Below, piece by piece: positions 27,494-37,044 of a stretch of DNA of 50,109 bases (position 1 is the first letter of the stretch; every line of letters starts with the position of its first letter). The stretch lies in sequence record KP085586. The stretch is one strand, 5' to 3'. This stretch comes from Shigella phage pSf-2. The notes under the pieces are model-generated. The model searched no databases. It worked only from the letters and a program-made list of their open reading frames with translations, and was not told the origin of the DNA. Both the position numbers and the translations under genes were made by a program.

Positions 27494-28453
27494 TTACACG
27501 CCAGTGATTAAGACAATAGTCATCGGGCGATAAATTGTAAGACCAGTACACTTAGAGGTGCAAGGCACTTTAAAGTGCAAGTCTTTCGGTTGTGCTGGCA
27601 GCATGTTAAATGCTTCCGGGATCTCGATGGACATGTTCATCGGATTCTTTTCGTACACCAGTACGCCTTTGGTGCCTGCGCCGTCAATATCCTCAAGCTC
27701 TGCGATAGAGTCGATTTCGATACCTGAGTTCTGAGACTTGAAATAGTCCAGATAAGACATGGTAGTCTCAGGCATACGAATCGCCAGCACCTTACGCATG
27801 GACGGCGGGATCAGAATGTTGGTAGCTCGGTGCTGGCCTCGAGTAATCGTCTCGATGGTTTCGATCGCCTGAGTCAATTCCGCTTCAGCCGTTTCCGGTT
27901 TCTGAGTTGCGCCATCCATCCACTTACCGGAGGTAATTTTGGTGATGTTCGGATGATTGAACACGGACACAATCTTGTGCGGCGCGGAACCTTTGAACAC
28001 CAGGCGGTTAACAAGCTGATCATGAGCCAACTGGCACGCACTTGCCTTACGGGTTGACAGTGGACGACCAGTTGCCTGACCTGCTTTGATTTCGTCGATT
28101 GAGATCAGATACGCGTTACCAAGACGGAACACCTTGCCAAACTCAGAAGTACCCAGGGCGTCAACCAGCGGAAGATCGTCGGTGTAGTCTGCGATAATCT
28201 GAGCCGTACCAACCTTGTCAAAGGTCATGTATTCAAACGTCTTATCAGTCGGAGAAAGATCGGTTGTAACCGGGAATACGCGTAGAGCGGAGCCGACCGG
28301 GTAGTCTTCTTCATAGGACTGGCTTTTAATGCGGTGTAGTTCCTGAGCGGTCCAGATACCCATTGTTGCGGCTGCATCCTGTTTTACGCCAGCCTGGATC
28401 AGATACATTTCAACATTGCTTTTATCTGCTTCATCAAATTTTTTAGTAGTCAT
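27494..28453 (-). CDS. major capsid protein
   Basis: 319 aa, in capsid position downstream of scaffold and decoration-like genes, followed by strong terminator. Confidence 0.75.
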   Translation of the reverse strand: MTTKKFDEADKSNVEMYLIQAGVKQDAAATMGIWTAQELHRIKSQSYEEDYPVGSALRVFPVTTDLSPTDKTFEYMTFDKVGTAQIIADYTDDLPLVDALGTSEFGKVFRLGNAYLISIDEIKAGQATGRPLSTRKASACQLAHDQLVNRLVFKGSAPHKIVSVFNHPNITKITSGKWMDGATQKPETAEAELTQAIETIETITRGQHRATNILIPPSMRKVLAIRMPETTMSYLDYFKSQNSGIEIDSIAELEDIDGAGTKGVLVYEKNPMNMSIEIPEAFNMLPAQPKDLHFKVPCTSKCTGLTIYRPMTIVLITGV

Positions 28454-28472
28454 GATTACTTCTCCGTAGTTA

Positions 28473-28499
28473 ATAAAAAAGCCGTGATTATGTTCACGA
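28473..28499 (-). terminator. short hairpin plus T-run between promoter-like element and capsid gene
   Basis: cgtga-ttatgt-tcacg then T6 on minus strand. Confidence 0.35.
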
Positions 28500-28507
28500 C
28501 TTCAATA

Positions 28508-28525
28508 ATAGCACTTTTTGTTAAA
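28508..28525 (+). promoter_or_regulatory. 18-bp dyad motif copy (atagcactttttgttaaa) inside a minus-strand TTGACG-16-TATTAT element
   Basis: Motif occupies spacer of sigma70-like hexamers 28527-28532 and 28505-28510. Confidence 0.5.
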
Positions 28526-28544
28526 GCGTCAAAGTGTTTTTATG

Positions 28545-29312
28545 TTATGCATCAACCTCTGGCTCTGGCACTGCTTCTACGCGATAAGCAATGGTTGCCG
28601 TCGTCTTGCTGGCATCGTTAGCCGTCCATGTGATATTGAAATCACCGACAGATTCTCCACCAGCAGGAGTTACAAGACCTGAGTCAGGATCGATAGTAGC
28701 GATATTGGTAGCGTCTATTGACCACTTGCCAGTCTTATCAGTTGCATTAGCTGGAATAACATTAGCTACACACTGGATCGTAACGTTGTTTGGCTGAGGG
28801 CTTTCCTTGTCAGTGGTGATTGTAGCGGACTCAACAAGAACGACAGGGGGCGGCGGCGGTGGAACGATGAAAGCATTTTGTTTCACCTGAACCTCAATAA
28901 TGTAGCCATCTTCATGCTTAACAAAGCCGCCAGCAAAGGTCCATCCTGCGGAACCAGACCAACCAGTAACAACTCCACCAGATCCAAACTGCAACTTTGA
29001 GAACAAGCCGGGAGCCTCATCAAGAGAAGTAAGCGCCCACATGCGACCGTGAGAAACGACGTTGCAAACTTCGCCGTCGAGAATTTTACCGCTCAGGTGT
29101 TCATATTGAGAACGGAAAGCGATACCGTAAGGAGTCCCGCCATCAGAAAGTACTTTGACGACTTTTACACCATCAACGATGCCGACAACCTGAACCGCCG
29201 CGCCGAACTCAATGTCACCTTGAGCCACACAAGCGCCATCAATATTGTAGGTTGAAGTATCAGAAAGATTTCCCGGACACGCCGGGCGCAACATTAAATT
29301 TTCGTAAGCCAT
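28545..29312 (-). CDS. capsid-associated protein, paralog of 29374..29850 with poly-Pro linker and Ig-like C-terminal domain
   Basis: Shared N-terminal YNIDGACV...GAAVQVV...TPYG block; PPPPPPP linker. Confidence 0.5.
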   Translation of the reverse strand: MAYENLMLRPACPGNLSDTSTYNIDGACVAQGDIEFGAAVQVVGIVDGVKVVKVLSDGGTPYGIAFRSQYEHLSGKILDGEVCNVVSHGRMWALTSLDEAPGLFSKLQFGSGGVVTGWSGSAGWTFAGGFVKHEDGYIIEVQVKQNAFIVPPPPPPVVLVESATITTDKESPQPNNVTIQCVANVIPANATDKTGKWSIDATNIATIDPDSGLVTPAGGESVGDFNITWTANDASKTTATIAYRVEAVPEPEVDA

Positions 29313-29325
29313 AATGATTTCTCCA

Positions 29326-29358
29326 TAAAAAAAGGACTATCCAAAAAAGGATAGTCCC
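29326..29358 (-). terminator. Rho-independent terminator
   Basis: ggactatcc-aaaaaa-ggatagtcc hairpin, T7 on minus strand. Confidence 0.5.
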
Positions 29359-29373
29359 CATATTAAACGCTAA

Positions 29374-29850
29374 TTACAGTTGATGCAACTGAACCTCAAC
29401 AAGCTGAATATCTTTGTATTTAGTCCAACCGCCAGCGTAGGTCCAGGTTGTTTCGATCGTGCCATCAGATTTTTCCTGACCATCAACATCAAGTTTAACG
29501 GCAGAGCCGAAAGTTGGTGCTTCGGTGGATTTGGAAAGCATCCATACTCGGCCTGAAGTCATCACGTTGATAGCGCCGCCATCTTCGTAAATCATCTGAT
29601 TTTGAGCGTTAACAGTCTGCCAGTGAGATCGGATTGCCACGCCGTAAGGAGTGGTTCCGGTAGTAAGAGCCTTAACCAACTTATGACCATCAACCGCCTG
29701 AGATTGAACAACTTGTACGGCAGCGCCAACAAGAACATCACCTTCATTAACGACACAAGCGCCGTCAATATTGTACTTTGAAGTGTCCGCAACCATACCC
29801 GGAAGCGCAATCGCCATATCTCGCTGATAAGATGCATTAATTTGTGCCAT
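29374..29850 (-). CDS. capsid-associated protein (decoration-like candidate)
   Basis: 158 aa, paralogous to N-terminal domain of 28545..29312. Confidence 0.5.
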   Translation of the reverse strand: MAQINASYQRDMAIALPGMVADTSKYNIDGACVVNEGDVLVGAAVQVVQSQAVDGHKLVKALTTGTTPYGVAIRSHWQTVNAQNQMIYEDGGAINVMTSGRVWMLSKSTEAPTFGSAVKLDVDGQEKSDGTIETTWTYAGGWTKYKDIQLVEVQLHQL

Positions 29851-29861
29851 GATATTTCCCC

Positions 29862-30974
29862 TTACATTACTTTGCTTAAACGTGAATTTGGCGTAACAGG
29901 CGCGGCGTCGTTTTTCTCTTCCGGCTTACCGCCTTCGATAGAGTCGCCTTTTACTGCTTTACGCTGAATAGCCATGATATCAGAATCTTTAGCAACATCA
30001 AACATAGCGTCGATATATGCGTCTGATTTTTCACTAACATCTTTATCAAGCATGGCTTTAACTACGGCAATCTTGACGTCTTTGATATCAAGACCATCAT
30101 GTTTGACGCCTGCGGTTTCTGCTACTGCGGTAACTTCTGCGCGTGCGGCGGCATCGGCTTTTTGCTTCTCTACCTCGGCCTTCACAAGTTCCGGCAGAGA
30201 GTCAACCTTAACCTTCAGCGCATCGCGCTCAGCTTCGAAGCCATCAGCTTTGCCCTGAATGGTAGCAATCTGCGCGGTTAATTTTTCGATATGGTTCGCA
30301 ACTTCTTCGGTTACTTCCACATCAACTGAGTCGATCTTAATTTTTTTCATTTGCTTGTCCTCGTTAGTTAATTGAACGTTATTATCATACGGGAACTCCT
30401 GTTCGGCATCAAGATTTAATTTAGCAATTCCCGCACGACCTTTGAAAACAAGTGCAATATGGTTGACCTTGATATTAGTCTGTACCGCGTCAAATTTCAC
30501 CCAGCCTTCAGGTGGCGCTTCGTCCTGTTTCATATCCTCTTCGAAGATATATTCTCCAGTCTCATTTGAACCCCATCCCGGTTTATCAATATCTACTGAC
30601 GTGTAGCCAACAGATAATTCACCAGCTTCTTTTGCTTTAGCCTTGCTGATCGCGTAGTCGCTGTAAATGCTCAAAGGGACTTCAACTCCAACACCTGAAG
30701 CAATACCAGCGCCAGCGCACGATCCTACAACAACGTCCTTAGCATTCTGCGGAGTTACCGTTACGTGACCGACAGTAATTGGCTTCCCCGCAAAACTTTG
30801 CAAGGAGTCTTGCTTGAAAACTTCGGACGCCGGACGGAACTCAACTCGATCGCCGTGCGGCGTTTTGTAAACCTGAGCGCCGATTCGCGCCACGATTGGG
30901 CGGTCAACTAAAAAACCGTTATCATCAAAGTGCGCCTTGATTTTTACTGAATCGAATCTTTGCTTTGCCTTCAT
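29862..30974 (-). CDS. capsid scaffolding protein (possible protease-scaffold fusion)
   Basis: Coiled-coil, Ala/Lys/Glu-rich C-half; aggag SD before ATG 30974. Confidence 0.5.
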   Translation of the reverse strand: MKAKQRFDSVKIKAHFDDNGFLVDRPIVARIGAQVYKTPHGDRVEFRPASEVFKQDSLQSFAGKPITVGHVTVTPQNAKDVVVGSCAGAGIASGVGVEVPLSIYSDYAISKAKAKEAGELSVGYTSVDIDKPGWGSNETGEYIFEEDMKQDEAPPEGWVKFDAVQTNIKVNHIALVFKGRAGIAKLNLDAEQEFPYDNNVQLTNEDKQMKKIKIDSVDVEVTEEVANHIEKLTAQIATIQGKADGFEAERDALKVKVDSLPELVKAEVEKQKADAAARAEVTAVAETAGVKHDGLDIKDVKIAVVKAMLDKDVSEKSDAYIDAMFDVAKDSDIMAIQRKAVKGDSIEGGKPEEKNDAAPVTPNSRLSKVM

Positions 30975-30976
30975 TT

Positions 30977-31738
30977 TTAATCTCCTGTAGAAAAGTCTGG
31001 AACAGCCCAACAGCGGCAATTGTATTCCTCACCCGGGAATACGTGATCGGAATCTACCGCTATGCGCTTACCTTCCCATCTTACATGTTTTTCACGTTCA
31101 CGTAAATCCATCACCCCACGCCAGAAATAGTAAGAGACTCCAGCGTCTTTTATGCGCTGACGCATTAGTCTACTGTTCCAAGTTCCAACAATTCCCGACG
31201 CTCTATTTTTGGCCCAATTCCGGTAAACACCAAATCGCTCATTAGCAAGTTCAACAACAAAATCCTTGCTTTTACCCTGACCGGATGCAGCACGAAGTTT
31301 ATCAGTGAAATCAGTAACCATGTTGGCAGCAAATTTCCTGATAGAAGTAGTCACCTGCGATCGCCACAGATTATATTGTCCTGAGTACCAGCTTTCGGCA
31401 GCGGCAGGACCAATCAGGGCAAGTAGCATAACAGCTTGATTCTTCTTACCTCCAGCATTGCGAGCGATACGCAGCCACTGCTTAGAGTTGAATTTATAGA
31501 TCGTGAGCGCAACGGATGATAGAGAACCAATAATCGGAGCGATGAGTGATTCGACGTAATCAAGCAATGACCTTTCTGTCTGATCTATCTCTTCGTCGGT
31601 AGCATCAAATTTCATCGGCTTTAATTCGTCACGCATTTTTTCAGTTAGTTTGGCTGCAACATCCTGTAGGGAGCGCGACATTGCGCGCTCGCTCATTTCA
31701 GGATAGCGCCACTGTGTTGCAACGCCATTAATTTTCAT
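30977..31738 (-). CDS. head morphogenesis / minor capsid protein
   Basis: 253 aa immediately downstream of portal with overlapping start. Confidence 0.5.
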   Translation of the reverse strand: MKINGVATQWRYPEMSERAMSRSLQDVAAKLTEKMRDELKPMKFDATDEEIDQTERSLLDYVESLIAPIIGSLSSVALTIYKFNSKQWLRIARNAGGKKNQAVMLLALIGPAAAESWYSGQYNLWRSQVTTSIRKFAANMVTDFTDKLRAASGQGKSKDFVVELANERFGVYRNWAKNRASGIVGTWNSRLMRQRIKDAGVSYYFWRGVMDLREREKHVRWEGKRIAVDSDHVFPGEEYNCRCWAVPDFSTGD

Positions 31739-33011
31739 CTTCTAACTTCTCCCCTAATCCCGGTTCCGGTTCGGTTGTTTCTTCCGGTTCGCGAATGTTG
31801 ATGTTATTACCATCCTTGAGTTTGAACTCAGGGGCAATGGATCGCAACGTGTCGCGAGCTTCTTCCAGATCGATGATTTGCTCAGTGATAGCCTTCGTGA
31901 CTGACTCAACGTTATTCTTCGTGATCTCTGATTCCTCTTTCTTACTCGGAACAGACAAAGGCTCAAACTCGATCGACCACTCTTCCTCATCAACAATGAA
32001 CGGCAACAAGAACTCAAGAAGCGGCCTGTAATCTTCCTCGCGCTTGCGATCGACTAGCTTATAGAATGTCTCAAGCGCTGTGTTTTGGCTCGCTGATACG
32101 CCGCCTACGTTCTTATTCTTGATGATAATCTCATGAATCCCGGATAGGGAGACGATGCGGTCCATCTTGCTTGATAAGAACTCAGGAACTCCGCTGATAT
32201 CAGAGTTGAGAACGTCATATTCCTCAGTCTCAGCATCGATACCGATCGCACGGCCTACGCCGGAGTTATCATCAACCTGAGCAAGTCGCAGGCGCGCGGC
32301 ATACTGAGCATCATCATCATCACACATTTCGGCAAGACCTTTGACCTTCCATACAGCCTGTTGCTTACGTCGCAAGATCTGAGTAGCCAGGGATTCACAG
32401 TAATCATAGTCACAGATTGCATCAATCAGTGACTTGTTCAATACCGACGCTCCCCATCCTTGATTCTGCTTTCTTGCCTGTTGCGTTACTCGTTCACCAT
32501 CAGCAATAAAGACTCTTGAGTGATGAATCAGATACGGCTGCATATTGTCGCCAGGGGATACCTTGTAAATTTCAGGCTCACCATAGCGAGGGGATCTTGC
32601 ATTGGTGACTCGCTTTTCAACAGTGATAGCAAATCGATCGTAAACTCGGACGCCTTCAAGTTTAGCTCCAGGCCTTGCCTGACTGGTTAACATCCGGTTG
32701 TCGTTGATGATTGCCACCATCGCCGCGCCGCCGTAAAGTCGCGCCCAACAAAGAAGATCCACCAGACTTGAATCAAGTTTGTAGCTATCCCATAAAGACT
32801 TGAACTCTTTTTCATCCTTAACGCCTGACATTTTAAAACCAGCCGTCACCATCTCTTCCGGGATAACATCCACAATTCTCTTCGCGGTTGCGTTGTCGTT
32901 GTAGAAAGATCCTACGTGATATGATGCATCAGACATAAAGAATGGCTTAGGAGATCCGTCTGCACCGCCGTTAAAGATATCGTTATATCCATCATGCTTA
33001 ACAATTTTCAT
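31728..33011 (-). CDS. portal protein (start moved to internal ATG)
   Basis: 427 aa downstream of TerL; ggagg SD before ATG 33011; track start 33062 lies inside terminator hairpin. Confidence 0.75.
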   Translation of the reverse strand: MKIVKHDGYNDIFNGGADGSPKPFFMSDASYHVGSFYNDNATAKRIVDVIPEEMVTAGFKMSGVKDEKEFKSLWDSYKLDSSLVDLLCWARLYGGAAMVAIINDNRMLTSQARPGAKLEGVRVYDRFAITVEKRVTNARSPRYGEPEIYKVSPGDNMQPYLIHHSRVFIADGERVTQQARKQNQGWGASVLNKSLIDAICDYDYCESLATQILRRKQQAVWKVKGLAEMCDDDDAQYAARLRLAQVDDNSGVGRAIGIDAETEEYDVLNSDISGVPEFLSSKMDRIVSLSGIHEIIIKNKNVGGVSASQNTALETFYKLVDRKREEDYRPLLEFLLPFIVDEEEWSIEFEPLSVPSKKEESEITKNNVESVTKAITEQIIDLEEARDTLRSIAPEFKLKDGNNINIREPEETTEPEPGLGEKLEDEN

Positions 33012-33019
33012 GTTTCCTC

Positions 33020-33052
33020 CAATAAAAAAGGCCGTCAATTGACAGCCTTGAT
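33020..33052 (-). terminator. palindromic hairpin plus T-run between TerL and portal
   Basis: ggctgtcaa/ttgacggcc stem followed by T6. Confidence 0.4.
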
Positions 33053-33065
33053 TATATCTCATTTA

Positions 33066-34634
33066 TTACCGCTTAACCATCCCGGCGAGCCGCTTCATTC
33101 TCTCGATAGGATCATCAATGGTCAGCAATTCGATGTTCGCCGCATCCATGAAGTTATCGACGATATCATCATGCGGATGTGTGTCATCGTAAGTGAAGGC
33201 GCTGTGTTCAGCGATAATTTCAGCAAGCATAGGGTGCTCTTCTGGCAGAACCACACGCCCGGCTTTAATAACTGGCTGAGCATCCATAGCTCGGGTAACT
33301 TTGTCTTTGTTACGCTGCAACGGAGTGATAGAGATCGGAGTCTTTTTCCTGAGGTTCTGGATAAGGCCCGTACCGCTCGCTTTATCTTCCACGTAGATTT
33401 TTCGAAGCACGCCCATTGATTTATTGTGTCTCCATGCCTGATTAACGAAAGCGGTAAATTGTTTCTCCATATCCGGCGCTTCCCACTTACCGCGAATGCC
33501 GTCAATAAAGTAAACCTTATCGTTCTTCTTACCCCACAAGCAAAAGACTGTGTAGTCGTTTAGCTCGCCTGTCTTCTGAGCGGTATCGGCAGTGATGAAA
33601 CGGTAGTCGTACTTACCCGGATCTGGTTCGTCAGCGTCAAGGCTGCTGCCGTAATAAGTCCACCATTCCGAGTTAAACACGGAGCCACCAAGCGCGATCG
33701 GCTTCTGCTGATACTGAGAGTCAAAGGTGTACTGGTCAGCTTCGCGAAGCGCTAACAGGTCATGTACACTCTCCTTACTGGGCCAGAACGAGTAATGCTT
33801 GACGCCATCAAGTTCGACATACTCAGACGATAAAACGTCGCGCTCGAAGTAAGGTTGTAACCAGTCAGGAAGCGTCTTTCCGTATTCTTCCGTAACCAGC
33901 GCCGGGATTGAGATCTGGTCAAACTCAATACCCATCCCGCCATTCATCATGAACCATGTTGAATCCTGCGCGTGCAGCCTCTGCTGAATCGCAATAATTG
34001 GCGTCTCGTTGTGCATACGACGCGATCGAATGGTGTTCTTCAGTAGCATATGAGTACGCTCACGCTTAACCTTTGAGAACATATCATCAGGCTTATCGAT
34101 ATCGTCGAGCATCACCATACCGGAGAATCCCGGCATCATGTAGCCACCACGCGAACCAGTAATACGACCGCCAGCCGCTGCGGATATTAGCTCAAACCAA
34201 ACCTTTCCATCGCTATTAAGGACTTGCATCTCTTCGTCCTTCGACGTGCCGAATTTGCAGGGCCATAATTCTTGGAACTCGTTGCTGCTGATAATCTCAC
34301 GCACGCGCTTACTGTTACGCTTAACCAGACTGTCGGCAAACGACACGTTAAGGTTTCGCACCTTCTTACACTTGAGCATCGCGTACACCGGGAGATGTAT
34401 TGAGAACACCTCGGTTTTACCGGAGCCTGGCGTAACGTTAAAGATAGTATTACCGCGTCGGCCTGCAATAATTTCCTCCACTTCGTGGCAGAGGTAAAGG
34501 TGATGCCAGTTAGGCTGGAACTGCTGAGCCTGCATAAGCTGGAACCAGATCCGAATCATTTTTTCGAAATTGGCCTCGCTCATTTTCTTGATCGCTAACT
34601 TCTGAGTTGCGTCGAGTTCTTCCCATTGAATCAT
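33066..34634 (-). CDS. terminase large subunit
   Basis: 522 aa; ATPase N-domain, acidic nuclease-type motifs in C-half; upstream of portal. Confidence 0.85.
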   Translation of the reverse strand: MIQWEELDATQKLAIKKMSEANFEKMIRIWFQLMQAQQFQPNWHHLYLCHEVEEIIAGRRGNTIFNVTPGSGKTEVFSIHLPVYAMLKCKKVRNLNVSFADSLVKRNSKRVREIISSNEFQELWPCKFGTSKDEEMQVLNSDGKVWFELISAAAGGRITGSRGGYMMPGFSGMVMLDDIDKPDDMFSKVKRERTHMLLKNTIRSRRMHNETPIIAIQQRLHAQDSTWFMMNGGMGIEFDQISIPALVTEEYGKTLPDWLQPYFERDVLSSEYVELDGVKHYSFWPSKESVHDLLALREADQYTFDSQYQQKPIALGGSVFNSEWWTYYGSSLDADEPDPGKYDYRFITADTAQKTGELNDYTVFCLWGKKNDKVYFIDGIRGKWEAPDMEKQFTAFVNQAWRHNKSMGVLRKIYVEDKASGTGLIQNLRKKTPISITPLQRNKDKVTRAMDAQPVIKAGRVVLPEEHPMLAEIIAEHSAFTYDDTHPHDDIVDNFMDAANIELLTIDDPIERMKRLAGMVKR

Positions 34635-34672
34635 ATCAATTCTCCTGTATGGGCGCTTGCGCGCCCTTAACG

Positions 34673-35197
34673 TTAAAGCATGTCAAGAATACTGTTTACA
34701 GCCTCTTTCATTGCGTCCTCAGTGGTGGCGACTACTGTCGATGCGGAAGCTGCCGAGTTTTCGATATTGATTGAGGCTGGCTTATCGATTCCGAGATCCT
34801 TACCGATAAAGGAGGCGTTAATAACACCGTTGGCGGCAAGCTGGAATTTTTGCTCATTTATTACCGACTCAACAAACTCCATAACCTCACTGTATTCTTC
34901 CTCTCGCTTCCACTTAATGATTGCGGCCTCGCTTGCACCGATAAATAGTCGGTATCCGGTCCAGGTGAAGACGCGCGGCTTATGAACTAGCGATTCATAA
35001 ACGCCACCCTGAAAGCTGGCTGATTCTGACGCCTTGATTGCGTTGTCCTCGGCCCATTCGAAATACTTCACTGAAAGATCGAATAGTTGCTCTGGCGTCA
35101 TCGCTCTGTTTTTCGCGAGTACAGTGCCGAATTTTTTCTTGTATAGCTCTTTGAAATTACCTCCCTGGACTACGGGAGCGTTCTTAGGTTCACTCAT
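34673..35197 (-). CDS. terminase small subunit candidate (start moved to internal ATG)
   Basis: Upstream of TerL; aaagagga SD before ATG 35197. Confidence 0.5.
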   Translation of the reverse strand: MSEPKNAPVVQGGNFKELYKKKFGTVLAKNRAMTPEQLFDLSVKYFEWAEDNAIKASESASFQGGVYESLVHKPRVFTWTGYRLFIGASEAAIIKWKREEEYSEVMEFVESVINEQKFQLAANGVINASFIGKDLGIDKPASINIENSAASASTVVATTEDAMKEAVNSILDML

Positions 35198-35249
35198 AAA
35201 TAAATCCTCTTTGTTTAACATTTAGTGTTATTTTACCATATTGCAGGCA

Positions 35250-35273
35250 TAAAAAAACCCGCCGAAGCGGGTT
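35250..35273 (-). terminator. Rho-independent terminator upstream of terminase genes
   Basis: acccgc-cgaa-gcgggt hairpin, T7 on minus strand; extended -10 tggtaaaat follows. Confidence 0.5.
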
Positions 35274-35281
35274 AGTATTTA

Positions 35282-35509
35282 TCACGATAATAGTCGTTTA
35301 ATGCCTTTAGGGTGGGCCTGAGCTTTAGAGTAGCAGTGAGCAAGGTCGCCAGTCATTTCCCATTGGTCCTTCTTGGGCGAGTAGGTCAGCCATACACCAG
35401 TTTTATTCTTCGCGTCCAACGCAATTGCTGCCGCCGCAAGTGCGAAGCCAGAAAATAAACCAGCACCAAAAATAACGATACCAGCGATAATCCATAAAAA
35501 AATTTCCAT
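35282..35509 (-). CDS. small membrane protein
   Basis: N-terminal TM helix IFLWIIAGIVIFGAGLFSGFALAAAAIAL. Confidence 0.45.
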   Translation of the reverse strand: MEIFLWIIAGIVIFGAGLFSGFALAAAAIALDAKNKTGVWLTYSPKKDQWEMTGDLAHCYSKAQAHPKGIKRLLS

Positions 35510-35510
35510 G

Positions 35511-35696
35511 TTAGATCTCCTTAATTAATTCAATGTTTATTTTGTGAGTGTCAAGGTTTGCGCCGGAAAGTTTTTTTGCTTTCGCGATGGCTTCTGCCTG
35601 ACTGGTTGCCGATAATTCAGTCTCGAAAGATTGTTTGCATGATTGGCAAAACATACCCATCTTTCGAATGATTAATTTAACTTTGAATCGCTTCAT
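35511..35696 (-). CDS. hypothetical small protein
   Basis: 61-codon ORF. Confidence 0.4.
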   Translation of the reverse strand: MKRFKVKLIIRKMGMFCQSCKQSFETELSATSQAEAIAKAKKLSGANLDTHKINIELIKEI

Positions 35697-35838
35697 CTTC
35701 TTGCGCCTTAATCATAACGCCATCGATGCGACCAATAACGGCCTCTCCAGGATTTAACCGCTTTTTATAACGAGTTGTTTTGCCGTTGCGAGTTACTTTA
35801 ATTTCGATTTTGACTGATTCGTTTTTGATATTTTGCAT
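35677..35838 (-). CDS. hypothetical small protein (53 aa, not in ORF track)
   Basis: aagagg SD 8 nt before ATG; overlaps next gene start by 20 nt; coordinates +/-1. Confidence 0.3.
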   Translation of the reverse strand: MQNIKNESVKIEIKVTRNGKTTRYKKRLNPGEAVIGRIDGVMIKAQEDEAIQS

Positions 35839-36002
35839 TACGCAATCCTCTTGAATTGTTGCCGCTTACGGGTCTGCGGCGTTGCTTAACCACTATGCAA
35901 CCGAGCTTGTTAGCTGGAAGTGTGAGAATCGTCTCACGCGTTGCGCTTATTTGCGCCTCGTCTGTCTACGGGATTAATACTATCACCGCTCAGAGATTCA
36001 GG

Positions 36003-36206
36003 TCAATCATTAATTTCAAATTGGCCCTTAGTAATATCCTGCGGGTAGTCAATCTCATGAATATTTCCATCGTCTCCGTATACAAATACGAGTCTCTTTG
36101 CTTTACTTACTCTTTCAACGTCATACAAGCATCCAGCTGAGAAAGCATCACCATTGCGTGATGTAACACATCGAACCTGATCGCCTTTCTTCGGTAAATT
36201 GGCCAT
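36003..36206 (-). CDS. hypothetical protein
   Basis: 67-codon ORF in tightly coupled operon. Confidence 0.5.
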   Translation of the reverse strand: MANLPKKGDQVRCVTSRNGDAFSAGCLYDVERVSKAKRLVFVYGDDGNIHEIDYPQDITKGQFEIND

Positions 36207-36436
36207 TATTCGTAATCCCCTTCTTTGTTACCTACGCGCCCGGCAATGTACCCGGCAGTCCAGACAAATTTGTAGCGGTCGATGAGTAGCTCGACCTTTT
36301 TGTGGTGAGCCGAGATTACATCAATCATGATCTTGTCATTTTTACGATCTTCTTTTTTCATGCCGCTGACGAATTTATTCAGTTCCTTCGCCGCGCGCTT
36401 TACTACGTTCCATTCTGCTTCACTTAAACCGAACAT
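36206..36436 (-). CDS. hypothetical protein
   Basis: 76-codon ORF, overlapping stop/start with neighbours. Confidence 0.5.
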   Translation of the reverse strand: MFGLSEAEWNVVKRAAKELNKFVSGMKKEDRKNDKIMIDVISAHHKKVELLIDRYKFVWTAGYIAGRVGNKEGDYE

Positions 36437-36780
36437 TATTTATCACCTTTGAATGAAAAGCATACACCTAAAACCTGATTGCAAACTGATTCCATGTATC
36501 GCAACTGGTATTGAGCAACCTTTGAAGGACTTAATTCATCGGCAAATAAATCCTCAACATTTATTTCTTTTTTATGCTTGCGCTTCCATGCCTTGATAAT
36601 ATTCGGCGTAATGCGTTCGCTTTTCCATGCTGCGAACTCAGCTTGATTCGTCGACACAGGGGTTAGCTGTCTTTCGATCTGGTTAAGCAGCTCAGCGGTA
36701 GCGCCTTTGATGTGTAATTGATCGCCAATCGTATCAAGGATCTCACGCGCTTGTTCATCTGACAGGTTAATCGTGATCAT
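36436..36780 (-). CDS. hypothetical protein
   Basis: 114-codon ORF, ATGA overlap with upstream gene. Confidence 0.5.
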   Translation of the reverse strand: MITINLSDEQAREILDTIGDQLHIKGATAELLNQIERQLTPVSTNQAEFAAWKSERITPNIIKAWKRKHKKEINVEDLFADELSPSKVAQYQLRYMESVCNQVLGVCFSFKGDK

Positions 36781-36986
36781 GCCTCATCTCCTTCTTCTTC
36801 GATCGGGGTAAAAAACTGAGTGTTCACTGCCGGGTTATAATAAACTCCGTCGTCATAGTCGCTTTCTTTCACTTCAATAAAAGCGTCACAACCGTCATGC
36901 ATGAAATCACCATTATCAGTATGAACCAGTTCGAATACTTCAGAAGTTTTAGTGCAAGTGAAAAACTTATCAGTTGATACCATCAT
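36777..36986 (-). CDS. hypothetical acidic protein
   Basis: 69-codon ORF, first gene after motif/promoter at 37045. Confidence 0.5.
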   Translation of the reverse strand: MMVSTDKFFTCTKTSEVFELVHTDNGDFMHDGCDAFIEVKESDYDDGVYYNPAVNTQFFTPIEEEGDEA

Positions 36987-37044
36987 TTCGATTTTCTCTC
37001 TTCGTTGTCGATGAGGTAACTATATCAAATCACCCCACCGACGT

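Noticed and set aside
32994-34497. Several 60-140 aa ORFs inside or antisense to the terminase large subunit gene
   Set aside because: Embedded in a 522-codon CDS; no ribosome-binding sites.
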